Under the pieces are notes generated by a model, which was not told the DNA's origin, made no database searches, and was given only the letters and a program-made list of their open reading frames with translations. The translations under genes and the position numbers were made by a program. A stretch of DNA of 61,557 nucleotides, the filler included. It is 4 parts of 4 records of this genome, joined end to end, with 100 filler letters (N's around TTAATTAATTAA, not from the genome) between each part and the next. Parts side by side here need not be neighbours in the genome. Positions count along the whole stretch, not along the records: positions 1 to 16,577 come from DRR378314_616; 3 more parts are not named here. One strand, written 5' to 3'. Of this stretch, positions 1-12,700 are shown piece by piece. The first letter of the stretch is position 1. Every line of letters starts with the position of its first letter.

Positions 1-25
1 GAGAGAGAGAGAGAGAGAGAGAGAG
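1..25. repeat. (GA)n microsatellite at the window/contig start
   Basis: Perfect GA dinucleotide run. Confidence 0.95.
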
Positions 26-681
26 GAAAGGGTCACAGCTGGTAGCATAGCCCTCCATGACAGACCTACGCAGGCGCAGGAGATACACTCGCCTTCTGCG
101 TTGTGCTGCGGGTCTCCCGCCGCGGCAACGTAAGGAAGCACAGCGCCGCAAAACGTATTTTTCTAGCACTATCGTTTCTATCTTTTGGCAGTCTCTTTAC
201 AAATTCAATCTATCTACATATTTTGGAACGCTCTACAAAGTAGAGCCGTGTTCGCTCATCAGGAACAAGAACATCGCACCACCTTCAGCACTACGGGAGC
301 TTCAAAATACGATCATATGAGGGTCTACTCTGAGCTGTCGTATGCCATAAACCGTCAATGAGACAAGGGCTCTATCGAAATGAAGGCATCCGCTGACCTT
401 CATGTTTCTACGTGACTTACTATACCTAGATGTAGAGAGTTTCAGGAGCCACTGTACAGCCTTCACATAGAGGCCTCCGCCTGCCTATGTCCAGGGACAC
501 CGTGGCCGCGCGCAATTCTTCAACACCTCTGTCTTTCCTCGCAATCAAATTGCACCACTGTGTAACCAATTGCAAGAAACGTACGCCCTGATCCTATTCG
601 GAGGTGTAGCAAAGGTTAGAAGAAATATGAATTTACATCGGTTCAAGTGCTTTGTGCGTCGTTGAGAGATACTGCTTGGAT

Positions 682-1923
682 TCATCCCGCGCGTCCGACA
701 GCGAGAAAGCAAGGAAAACGCAACTCTTCCTGAACTCCGTACACAACCGTTTGCGCATACGTCGAGGTTTCCCACAATCGGAGCACCGCATCTGTACCCC
801 CAGCAAGGAATTGTCCGGGTAGATATGGGCTTACAGCTACCGTTTCTATCCATCCAGTTGCTTGGCGTGCCGTCGTGACGCATGATAGTGGCGCTGCAGT
901 TGAATAGCGCCAGATTAAGAGCGAGAAGTCCGACGTCGTTGCCACGACTTCTTTCGCCGCAGGAGATCCATACAAACGAAGAATTCGCGACCGCTTCGAT
1001 TGATACCCCTTGGTGTCGTAAAGTAGTGCATCTTCGTTGGAGGAATCGCGTGGGGAGTGTGTTGAAGGGACAAACGGAGACAAGTCCACGGCTGAACGGG
1101 GATCGATGACTGTGGCACATGTCGAGCGCCAGGCTATCCACATGTGCTGCGTTGCGGGCACGTAAACCGCGCCTGAAATGCGATCCTGCGCGTTACGATA
1201 CACAGCTATAGCTTTCCCGTCAAGCGACCACGTTCGAACGGTTGCATCAAACGATCCTGTAATAAGCATATTGTTATCTTTATCAAAAGACATTGTTGTA
1301 ATGGCTCCTTCATGCCTGTCCGCTGCGCCGCGTGCTGTTGCTGGCTCGACGATTCTTTTCATCTGCCGTCTCCGTCCAGACATGACGCTCCCTGCTTCAA
1401 ACGTGCTGATTGCTCCGGAATGGTACGCGACAAAGACCCTTCCGTTATCAATACACACAATATCTACAACAAAGTCATTTTCTCCTTCGATCGTGCGAGG
1501 TTTGCTTACTGCAAGGGACTCATTGAAAGAGCCAGGGTCTGCTGTAACACGAAAGACACGCACGGTCCCGTCCCTGCCGCCGACTACTAGTGCCTCGCTC
1601 TTTCCGCTCCATCCCAGAGCGTGCACTGCTGCATGCATCGGGATGTCAATACGAGTGAGGAGATCCCCCTTTAAGCTCCAGCAAGCAATGGATCCATCTA
1701 GGGATCCTGAAATGACAGTTCTGCGTTCGGGACTCCACTCGAGCGCTGTAACCCCGCCTCCGTGTGCAGCCTGCACGCGAACCTGGCGTCCGCTCTCGTT
1801 GTCCCACACTCGTATCGCTCCGTCGCCTCGACAGGCGCTGTAAAGCTCTCTGCGAATTGGAATATATACAACCGCAGAAATCTCAGAGGTATGTGCATGC
1901 GGTATGGTCTTTCGTAGCTCCAT
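682..1923 (-). CDS. WD40-repeat protein (large exon; terminal exons unresolved)
   Basis: 413-codon ORF with repeated WD40 units: AHTSEISAV..GDGAIRVWD, AHGGGVTAL..SGSLDGSIACWS, GGRDGTVRVF, HEGAITTM..TGSFDATVRTWS, GGTDAVLRLWE. Confidence 0.85.
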   Translation of the reverse strand: MELRKTIPHAHTSEISAVVYIPIRRELYSACRGDGAIRVWDNESGRQVRVQAAHGGGVTALEWSPERRTVISGSLDGSIACWSLKGDLLTRIDIPMHAAVHALGWSGKSEALVVGGRDGTVRVFRVTADPGSFNESLAVSKPRTIEGENDFVVDIVCIDNGRVFVAYHSGAISTFEAGSVMSGRRRQMKRIVEPATARGAADRHEGAITTMSFDKDNNMLITGSFDATVRTWSLDGKAIAVYRNAQDRISGAVYVPATQHMWIAWRSTCATVIDPRSAVDLSPFVPSTHSPRDSSNEDALLYDTKGYQSKRSRILRLYGSPAAKEVVATTSDFSLLIWRYSTAAPLSCVTTARQATGWIETVAVSPYLPGQFLAGGTDAVLRLWETSTYAQTVVYGVQEELRFPCFLAVGRAG

Positions 1924-2799
1924 CCGTGCTACGAGCCAAAGCGTGCTAGGAATTGATCGAGGACAGTGGTGGGAGAACCGGAACCGGAGCGCGCATGTTT
2001 TTGATGTGCTGCTGCTGCGACCGTCCGCTCCGCGGGAAGAGGGGCACCCCTATCAGACTGCAAGAACACGTCTGGTGCAGTGACCCATACGGACTGATTA
2101 CGCGCAAAGTAAGCCAGGGCCCTTATGCGCACGAATGGTTCCGAAGGCAAAGCGCATGGCGACGCACCAGCGGTTGCAATCTGGTATTCAAGATGGGCTT
2201 GGATGGAGCACTTGTGCGGTGCTTTCTCAGTACGCCAACTTCCACAGCGCACTGTAGCGCTATCTGTGCGGCGCGTTAGGCTGCTCGCCCGTCGGAGGAC
2301 GTTGCTAACGAGTTCCGCAACCAGCACACAGTGGTAAGAACTCTCATCTCCGCACCATCTCGCCTCCACGCGATGGTTCGTACCGCTAATCTTCAGAGCG
2401 CACGTGTTCCCTGCTCGTGTGAAGAAACACATCTACACTGTGCGGCTCGGGAACTACGGCAAGCGGCATATTTGGGCAGAAGCAGGGCAGTGACGTTCAC
2501 CGCAGCAAGCAGGCCGTCTCGCAGATCTGCCCTGGTTTGCCCGGGGCCGTTCTGCAAGGACTTGGAGCGGGGGTATTTCACAGAGCTGCCATTCTCAATG
2601 GTACTGTCAAGCGGTATGCCAGTCTTCGCATTCCCGGCTCACAGGCGCAGATCCAAGTATATCACTGTATTACGATATGGCGTCACGATCTGGCGTCGGA
2701 ATGCAGCGGTCGATTCCACTGCAAGGTGCGCGGTTCGGACGCGGCGCCTGCCCTCAGCTCGCACGGCCACCGCGAGCACGATTCTGTGCACTGAATTCT

Positions 2800-5700
2800 T
2801 CACAGCCATGATTTCCACAAGAATGAGAGGCGCGAAGAGTCGGAGCGCGACCCACTGCCACCACTTGCCGACCTGCGGTGCTCAGCGGTTCCTGATTGCG
2901 ATTTTGCGGAGGAAGCGGGCGCGCGGTCATACTTTGCGCCGGCTGACGAAGAAACACGGCTGGCAATGGGAAGGAGCGCGAACCGCGGCGGAACGTGGCA
3001 GAGCGCCAGCGCGCCTGGCTCGCCCGGTCCGTCCCGCGGCGTCCCTTCGTCTGAAGACGGGCCCGCGCCGCTCGTAAAGATGGCGCCAAAGAGAACACCG
3101 CTGCTCTCGGCAGCACGAAGTGCACGACTGTGCACTTGCTGGCGCGCATGCTCTGCGTCAATAGGATCGGTCGCTGCAGATCCAATGCAGCTGCGCAGCA
3201 TGTCGCGAGTGCGCGCGTTGTCGAGAGCTCGATCACCACCAACAACACACAGAGCAAACACTGCGTCAGCATACGCCGCAGCTGCCACGTCAACACTACG
3301 TTGTGCTTTTGATAAACAAAGCACCTTGAGCTCTCGAAGCAGCACCTCGTGGACGCTTGCTTGGATGGCATCGCGTGTCGCTGCATCCGTAGCTGCGTTC
3401 GCAAAACATGCGAGGTCATTGCCGAGCTGCGACAGTGTTGCGCACACAAACGGCGACGGGACAACCAACCGCGCCAAGGTATCCGGCCCGCTGCTCCTTG
3501 GGCGACCATGCGAACATTCCACATCTTCGCATTCCACGGTGCTGGGGGAAGTATCTCTAGCCTTTTGTTTACCACGAGCATGTGCATCCCGAAGTTCAGA
3601 CTTTGTACGCGCAGAATACTGATCATCACCTGGAGAGGCATCGAATCCAGCAGAAGTCGACCCTGCGCGAAGAGCGGCGCAGCACCAGCGTCCTGCAAAT
3701 CCCTCCAGGCGGCGTTCGGCGATGCGGCGAGACGCGAGTGCGGCTAGCCGTGCTGCTGTGGCAGCAGCAGCTGCGAACCCCTTTTCCGGATCTTTCGCAT
3801 CGCTTGCGTTCATCGAGTCCGAGCGGGCGACCGACGCTAGCGGCGAGAACCCAGCCCGCGCGTGGTCCGAGAGCGACAGGGCAAGAGCTCCGAATGCGGC
3901 CACCGCTGCTCGGTCGCTCGCACTGCAGATCTTGCCAATTGAATCCGCTGCCTCGATTAGTTGGTCCTGAACCTCGCCCACTGCCGCATTTGTGAACTGT
4001 CCTGCATCTAGCCCTCCATCGCGGAGAGCGGACGCAACACGAGACACTGCAGCGGCTGAAGAGGCAGCGGCGCGCGTCCACTCGCTGCGGAACTCGCGCG
4101 CTGCGCGCGTGAGCAGCGAACTGGGACCTACTGCAGAGGGCACAAAAACATCGCGGCCGAGAGCAAAGCGGGAATGGGATGAGACAAGACAGTCGCAAAA
4201 CCCCGAGGCGAATTAACGTAAAATAGTCGTGGAATCGTTCGCTTCTGTGTCCGCAGTCCAGCTATCAAGGTGATCGGGAGAAGGAAAATCAAAGAGGTCT
4301 GCGCCAGTAGAAACGTTCCGCACGCGCAAAGTACTGCGCCACCCTAAGGGCCCCCAAAGATGCGTACAAATAGTGATCGCATACCATGTGCACTAAGCTC
4401 TTCAATCACGCATAGTGCTGCAAATAGCCTAAAACAACCACCAATGAGCTTCGCAGCCACAGCAAAGCAGCAAGCGTATCAAAAAGCTTGCGAAACATGG
4501 CTGGCAGGTCTACGTCGTCGCTACACACGATGTACTAAACCGCAAAACGATAATCGAAGCCAGCAGCAACAATCCCGGACGCAAGGTGCGTATACCCCTC
4601 TTTGTGACGAGGATGATACTATCCATACAATTCTGCATGTCGCCAGTGTAGATGCACCACATAGAGCAAGATCGCAAACCGACAGATGGGACAATCCAAG
4701 CGCAGAGCACTTCCCAGGGCACAACCGAGCACAGGGCGCTCGCCGAACGTGCAAACTACAATAGAGCAACTACGCAGCGAACTCACACTCGATCCCCACC
4801 CAGCGATACGACATCGACTGAAAACAATCCATCTGGCCTGGTCCACGTTCCTTTATCGCCCTTGGCCACAAAGAGGGGGTACCATTCGATGCGAGAGGGG
4901 GCAATACGGGGCGAGAGATTTGGGGCTTTCCGCGCGCTTGTGCGAAGCGGCACGGACGCCGCCGTGTGCGGAGAGCGGCTGTACCTGCTGACGGTGCGCT
5001 CCCCGCGTCCCCGCCGCTCGTGCTGCCGCGCGATGCGCCCAGTGCAACGCGACGCGCCGTGTCCACATCTCCCAGACGGATCGCACGCACGGGTGTCGTG
5101 TCTCCTTCAATACGCGCCACATCGAGCGCGCGCGAGAAAGCGGCGACAATGTCCGCGTGCCTCACAGGCGCGGACACCAGCCTGACAGCAGCCAGGCTCA
5201 CAGCAGTGGCGATCCCCTCTACAGTCACGGCCAGCGCTGGTGGCACGCCACTAACCGCGACCGCCCCGATGAGGGCAACTGCTGTGTCTACGTCAGCGAG
5301 TGACATCTGACACGCTTGCTCGAGCGCCTGCCGCTCGTGCGCGACTGCAGTGGCAGCTTCCGCGTCGACCGCCGCCCGATCTACACCAGGGCAGAAACCG
5401 ACAATCGAAATACACAGCGATTAGTGCACACCGCCACAAAACCAAAATACACGATCAAACCTTCTCCCTCAAAAAGGAAAAAAATCAAAATATGCAGAAT
5501 AAATATGTCAGAGGAGCCTGAAAACATACAGCAACTACGCCGTGATCAGCGATCGAGCAAGAAATACAACACAGCGGCGCAGCATTGCACAGAACGAGCT
5601 CGCAAACTCGCCCCAAGTTGAGACTGCATTTCGTCGACGCTGCTAGGCGACGGGCAAACTCCTGGAGGGCGCCCTATTATTTCAATAGGTTCGCCATAAA

Positions 5701-8306
5701 CCCCAGAAGTAGAGTGTAGAGTTGCAAACGCCGTAACAACGCCGCTGCTTACGAAAGGCACCTTGCGGCACGGGTAAAGGCGGCGCGCTCTCTGTTCGAA
5801 GCAGCGTAGCAGCAGCGTGCTGCTCCGTGCGCATCCACGTGTCCAGCACTACTGACGGTCAATTTTACACTACAAAAACTGCAGTGTTCATGAAATCTAC
5901 AAATGGCGTAGGAGATGTGCACACGACATCACCGACCGTACCGGGAATATCAAAAGGAAGAGAAACACCTGACACACTCGCGAGAGTCGCTGCAGGCACG
6001 AGGTCGGCGAAGTCGTCGAGCGCATCGAATGACCGTTGCTTTTCGAGATCTACCTTGCATAGCGCCAACGTTTCGATCGTGTCGTTGGCAAGGTTGCCAA
6101 GCTCGCGCAAACTATTTCCTAATGCAGAGGCGAAATCGTCCTGTTTATCGACACGGAGGCATGGGAGAAAGGGTGCCATAGATTAGGTTGCGCCAAGGAA
6201 ACCAGACACCGGGCAGTCACTGCACGCGGACTCCACATGCTGCGGAGACCATGGCTGGCCAAACAAGCGCGCTTCTCGCTCACTGCGGAAATCGCCTTCC
6301 GTGATATACGATGTGCCCTTTAGCGTGGGACAGCACCGTGGCTCTTGCCACGACGCGATTATCTTGCGCAAACGAAGCTACAAGCGCAGCAGGCCGAGCC
6401 AATCCGCAGTGCAATAGAGACAGTAGTCACTTTTCGAACACGCAGAAATAATACGGAAGGAAGGCCGCTACTCCGACCCGTACACTGCACTGCGTACAGA
6501 AAAATGTCATTCTGTAGCGTTATTCAAAGAATTCTATACGAGGAGGAAACAGCTCATAGGAAATCACAAGGCACCACGGCGATGGCGTCGACACAACGTT
6601 ACTAGACGCTTCGAGGCAGCACGTCAATGTTGGCTCTGCACGATACGTTGGGCAACCTCGTGCAGGAAATCGCGGCGGCGCATGGGGAAACCGAGCACCA
6701 TAAGAAACCCAACTTTTCCATCCGATCAATAATTCTATCGTATGCCACGTCATGTTGCTGGCATGAGATGCGGACAGACGCTTCTTCAAATCGGGGTGGG
6801 GGAAAGAGCTGGCCAAACATACCTCACCATCGCCTGCAGCAACGCTGTGCAAGGCTTCCGAGATACCGCGAGCACGGCAATGCACCAGGGCATGGACTGC
6901 GTCTTGTGGGACCATGCGGTTCGTTGCAATGAGAGCCGTCAGTGCATCGGCCCGGGCTTCTTTTCTTGCATTTGAGCGGCCGAGAATCGATCGACAGCGC
7001 GTTTCAAGCGCAGAACGCAGATTCACGAGGGAATCGAAACGATCTTGCACGAGCCGCGGGAGCGTCGCCACGTCCTTAATCCGACCGAAGACAGTTTCGG
7101 CACAAAATATCGCTTCGGCCGCCTCAGTTAATCTACACCGCCGCCGAGCAAAGGAATTATGTGAAGTACTGTCATCCCAATCAGAAAGAGAAGGCGAATT
7201 GCTTCCGCCTGCGCGAGAGGACGCGCGCGAGAGAGGAACGCAAAACCGCACCTAATGGTGGCGGAACGACTGTCGCCGTCGCTTGCCAGCGCGTCGGGAG
7301 ACAAGCAGCAGCAAAGCGTCGAATCAATTCGTCGCACATAACCACAATTGATTCCAAGCTATTGGAAATCACCATCACTTATACACGAAGCTGTGTCATC
7401 GGGAATCTCAGAAAGTTACCTTTCGGCATCAACACTGGACCAGGCTCGCTCTGGCGCGTCGACAACGAAAGCAGCCTGTGACTCGCGAGGCGGATACGCG
7501 TGCACACGCAAGCGCACAAACACCGTGCAAATTCGTCAGAAGAGCGCGCAATTACACGTCCCACTATCACACAAACAATGGATTCACTTTTTTCTTATTG
7601 AAAATAAAGTGCATCGTAGCGCCCCGACGAGCGTCACAGTGCTGCTTAGGCGAGCGATGACACTTTAAGGACCAAGCGCGTCCTCGCATCCAGCCAGCGG
7701 TGACGCAGGGGAGACAAGGTCTGCACGCGCGCGCGCGTACCTGACGAGCCAACCCGTACGCGTCGCTTTGCTTCCCTGCGCTCGAAGCTTCACCGCCCTC
7801 ACCTAGCGGTGGACCATACTGTTGCGATATGCCAAAGACAAGGGATTTGGTCTGGTTCTGGATATCCCCGATGCACGAGAGAGCTTCTGCAATAGAGAGA
7901 ATTCCGATTCGGCATACCACAGCGCACACAGAGGACACGAAAGTCCAGCACTTAGCACCCGGCGACCGCGGCTGCTCGAAACGCTCCCACGGATGCCGAG
8001 TGCGCGCTCCGCTGCTATGGGAAAAACCGCGTGCATTGATCAGCATTTTGAAAGACATACTCTGCACACGAAGTAAGAAATACGGCCAAGTTGCGAAGGA
8101 AACCGACGGCGCTGCCGCGCGCATCATTTGCGAACGCGCGAACCTGCAGCGTGCGACTCCATGCGGGCGACTGCTCCCGCAGCAACTACCAAGTCTGCGT
8201 AGCGCCCAGACACAAGAAGTCGCAGCTCGCGCTCGGCATCGTCAAGGGCCTTGCGACGAGCCGCGAGTTGTGCACGCGACTCTGCAACACTTTGAACGCC
8301 GAGCAT
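2800..8306 (-). CDS. COG1: COG1-like (Vps51/COG1 N-terminal domain) Golgi tethering subunit, multi-exon
   Basis: The N-terminal exon ELRLLVSGRYADLVVAA resembles COG1 ELRxxVGxRYRDLIxAA. It splices in phase to ..DAYGLARQ|AAFVVDAPERAWSSVDAER|LTEAAEAIF, resembling COG1 KxLVDxPExIWxxLD. Further helical Ala-rich exons lie at ~5970-6150, 4980-5306 and 2800-4137, ending in TGA. Some internal exons and the true start are uncertain. Confidence 0.65.
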
Positions 8307-8701
8307 CTGCAGGAGAGAGTCAAGGCTGGAATGCTACGACGTCTACGCGCTTTCAAGCGGAGAACCAGCGTTAGCGTCGCGGTCTCGCGCGCCGCGCAGG
8401 ACGTGTCCAGCAGCGTGCTGCGGTTCGGAATATAGGGGTGTAAAACCGCAAACTGCGTCAGCTCATACGAGTGTTTGTCTTCCGAAACTGCGCCCGCGCA
8501 AGTTGCAGTGACGGTGCTGCGCGCTTCTCCTGCGGCGAGCTCGCAATTGGAGGAGCACCCCATTTTTCCCGTTACGCGCGTGATTTTACGTAGGTGAAAT
8601 TCAATCTGAGGCTTCGTGGAGTGCCATAAATTCTTGTCGCTGGTGTCGCGAGGCGGGGGAATACGTTGTGCAGCGGTATCCTGTTTTTTCTGCAGCTGGT
8701 G

Positions 8702-9430
8702 ATGAAAGTCTCTGTGCCAACGCGAGTTGCTTTCGTAGCGGGCTTTGTGTTCGCAGGCTACTCGTATGCTGCGCTGACGTTTCATGCAAATAGTCTTCGT
8801 CATCATGCAAATTATGCGGACGTGGACAGGTCAATTGAGCTCTACGTCTCCGTTGGACAGCAAAAGGTGCGTACTGACGCTGCGCTCAGGCACGCGCTCC
8901 CCTGCTTCATTCTTCTCGCGTGCGCCTTATCTGCGTTTCGCGCGCAGCAGCTGGCAACTTGCCAGTGCTAATGGATTCGCTCGTCGTTGTTGGTCTATTT
9001 CTGCCTCCCGCAGATGTATGAACGTGCTGTTGAGCAAGGTATGTGCGTGCTCGTTGCCGTGGAAGAAAAGCTGCTCGCTGCGCGAGCTCCGTGACTGCGC
9101 GTGCGCTCCAACCATCGAGAGGTCGCAGGCTGCGCGTGCACTATGCTTCGCGTTCTAGTTTGTGCGTGCGTCATTGGCGCCGGCTCAGCGCCTTTCCTTT
9201 GGTAACATGCTCTTTTTGCAGCCACTATTGACGCAAGAACCCCACTTGACTGGATGACCCTCGGCGCGCACTTCCACCGCGCTCGCGACCGCCCGCTGGC
9301 GTACCACGCGTATGTCATGGCGAGCTTGGTTGCGAAGGAGGACCTCGACGCGCTTGTCCCACTGCGAATGGAACAGGACAACGGGCAGCTTGATGGTGGA
9401 AACGGGGACGGGACCGGAACGCCGCCTTAG
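8702..9430 (+). CDS. Small orphan protein (~132 aa) with N-terminal hydrophobic helix and one TPR-like motif; 3 exons
   Basis: Exons 8702-8866, 9014-9038 and 9222-9430 join in frame via GT-AG introns: MKVSVPTRVAFVAGFVFAGYSYAAL..QQK|MYERAVEQ|ATIDARTPLDWMTLGAHFHRARDRPLAYHAYVMA..TPP*. Confidence 0.55.
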
Positions 9431-9757
9431 TCTAGCGGCACTCAGCCCAGAAGAGGAAGTATTTTATTTTGAATTACGATATTTTTGTTGTTTGAGGGGC
9501 GTTCGCCAGCGAGACAGGGGGAAGGGGACAAAAGACTTGTGCTTGTCCAGCGCGTTCCTGTAGCGTTGGCCAGGCGCTGCCGCGGCAGTCCGCCCAGCAC
9601 GCAAGTTCCTCACTTGCGTGCGCAATGATTTGCCATGAATGATACTCTGTGCTTTGTGAACAGGAATTATTAGCATAGAAATGACCGCAATGTACAATCT
9701 CCATCACAATGCATAGGTCTTCTCACTCACTGTGGCGCCGAAGCCGTTGCGCAGGGA

Positions 9758-12700
9758 TCAAGGGTCCGTGTGTCTGAGCGCACGTGAACGGCGCAGCTGC
9801 TGCTGGAAGGATTCCAGCCACGCCGCATGACCGGCAAGGCGTGCAGCTCTGCCTTCCCGCTCCGCCGCCCATCGCACCATGAGAGATTGAAGTCGCTCCA
9901 GCTTCGCAGATGAAGCTGCCGACACAGCATCAGGGATGCGAGCTCGCTGGGCCCACTTTCGGCCGACTGGAGACAGAGCGCTTTCGGCTCGATGTAGATC
10001 TCGGGGTGGAGCGCGGCGCAGCAATCGTTCGGCATTTTGCCGAGGAAACGGCGGTGGCGAGGGCGAGTCTTGCAGCGCTTCGAGAGCTTCCATCATGCTG
10101 CTCAGCTGCATGTCCACCGCCTCATCCGTTACCAACGGCGACTTCTCACGCGGGGAGTCACTAGCCATACACGCAGCACAGTCGGAAAGCCACTGCCTCA
10201 TTGAAGTGAGACGATCAACATCAGCGTTCAGCGCCCGCGTCTCCAATTCCAGCGCACGTTTGGCATCGCGCAGGGCCTGGCGGTCAGCGCTCGAGCCATT
10301 GGCACGGACGCTTGCGACGTCACGCTGCCATTCGTGCCGGAGTTGCGCTAGAGTATTACTGCGAAGCTGGACTTCGTGCGCCTGTGTGCGAACAAATTCT
10401 CGCATGCGCAAGAAACCGCCCTGAACGCGCATTGCACCTTGCCTCGCACGTTCATTCCAGGTACTTGCAACTTCTCGCTCGCTGCGTCCTCCTAGCGCTT
10501 GTTTCCGCTCTTTTCCTCCGCTGGTAGCTTGTCCACCGGCAACACTCTCCAGCTGCTCGGTGAGCGCCATCATTTGCGCGCGCAACGAAGAGATATCGAC
10601 GTCTCTATGCGCCAGTGTTTCTGTTATGTCGACGTTGTTGCGATTCGGGCCACGGTTGGGACTTGGGCTTGCGGGTACAGCCTTTCCAGCTCCTGAGAGC
10701 TTCTCCGAAGGATCCGTGCTTGGCGTTTCTTGCGCCTCCACTGAAGCGGGTGAACCTGGGGCAGCTGTTTCGCTTACCGAGGCTGCATCGCTTTCGCTTT
10801 CGAGAGCTGTCTCCCTAGTCGTTTCCGGGCCTGTTTCCTCGACTCCTTTCCTACTTCCGCGAGAATCTCTCTTTTCAAACTGAGAGCTATTTCGAGATAA
10901 AGGCAGCGAAAATGATTCCCTTGGACTGGTGCTTGTGCACGGGCGTGTCGCTTCGGCATCAGTTTTATGTCCCGTGGGCGAGCGATTCCGCTCCGTGGCG
11001 CCTGGCGCTGCAATGACCGGGCCTGGCATAGCCCCTGACCACGAAGCAAGGAACACACGCACTGCATCGAGCGCATCCTGGCGAATTCGATCTTCGAGTA
11101 AACGCCATGATGAGCGATCCAGCGATGAGGTTGTGTTGCGAAGCGTTTCATCGCCTGGGTCCGGCACTGGGTGCTCAATGTGCGTGGACTCGAAGCCGGG
11201 AATCTGCTCCCGAAGGGCCGCGAAGGCCGATTGGTTATCTGCGAGGAATGAAGAGCGGAGAACCATGAAGCGCTGGTCAATGCAGGAAAAGTGACAAGCC
11301 TCTTTGTACTTCTACCTGACTCCAAGGCACATGTCGTCGGCGCAGTTTTCCGTGAATACGACTGCTTGCCCCTGGGACAGAGCAACGAACACCACGCTTT
11401 GCAGGACAACCGCGCATGATACTTTTTTCAGTGCACGTTGTGCAAGCTAAGGGAAGCAATTCTATTTGAGCCGAATTCACGGAGGAAGAGGATCGCTTAG
11501 TCGCTGAATGGCGTGCCGTTTGGGAGTCACGTTTGACGTGTGCAATATCGATGGCGCGTACCGTCTTCTGCTTGCTGCATTGCTTTCTTCATTGTCTCTG
11601 CAGTACCATTGCACAGGAATTGCACGTGTCGGCCAGCATAGAGCTTGCGATGGTAAGTGTATGCGCTGTACTGCCTGGTTGTTCAGCGTCACCATTTCTA
11701 CAGGCAATGCAACCGATTCAATGGTGAGCTTCCGCGCTTGTTCCGCCCGCCTCCTCTCTCTTGTATACTAAGCGTGGTACTTTCGCTTGAGCATCGCTCT
11801 GTATGGAACTTCGATCGTGTTAATACTGCCCCGTCATCCTGCAGAGACACGGAATCTGTGCACAGCTATCAGACTGCCAGTTGTGCCGTGCAACAACAGG
11901 AATGGTGGAAATAGCAATGCAGAAAGGAAGCAGCATCCCCGTCCTTCCTTTCGCACCTTGTGTCTCGTGAAAAGCCTTGATCTTTCCTCCAATCTCATCG
12001 ATTTTACCTACGAATGTGAAACCAAATTTGAGCCATGGCCCAGAAGTGAGAGTAAGTGCATTGTACGTGCGGTGGGCTCGTGCGTGTTCCGGCTGCTGCA
12101 CTGTTGCGTAGGCGCACGGCTGGACGGCTGGACGGCTGGACGGCGGCAGGGCAGCGCTTCGTGCGCCCCCCGCCCGCCGCATCGCGGACAATGTCCGCGC
12201 ATCATTGCGGGAAGCACACGGCGAAGTACGCGTGTAACCTATTTGAAGCTCAGTATGCAAGCAAGTGGCATATAAGATCCCCAGAGGGAGAGTGAATGGA
12301 AAGAAGTACACGGACTGGCGGGAACGTGCGCAAACGCGGTGTGCAGCCCTCTGGGAGGAATGAACGAAAGCGCTTGCCCTTTCCGGCACGCATAGTCGAC
12401 TTGTAGCACGGTTCCTCGCAGCGGCAGTCACGAAGTGGTACGCACTTTGCATTTGAGAAAGTTGGTCTCTTAGATCAAGATTATTTTGCCCTGAGTACTC
12501 AAGACTCCGATCTGTTGTACTTTCTCCATCAGGGTCAGAGCTTGGCGACGGCTCGCACGCGGTTCGGTGCTGGCGCTCCTCCGCCAGCGCGAGATGAGAG
12601 CGCGCAAGCTCCTGCTGTTTCTCTTCAAGGCGCGCAAGCTTGTCGGTTACAGATGTGAAATCTGACAGAAACTTATCTTGCACTGTTTTTATCTCAGTGA

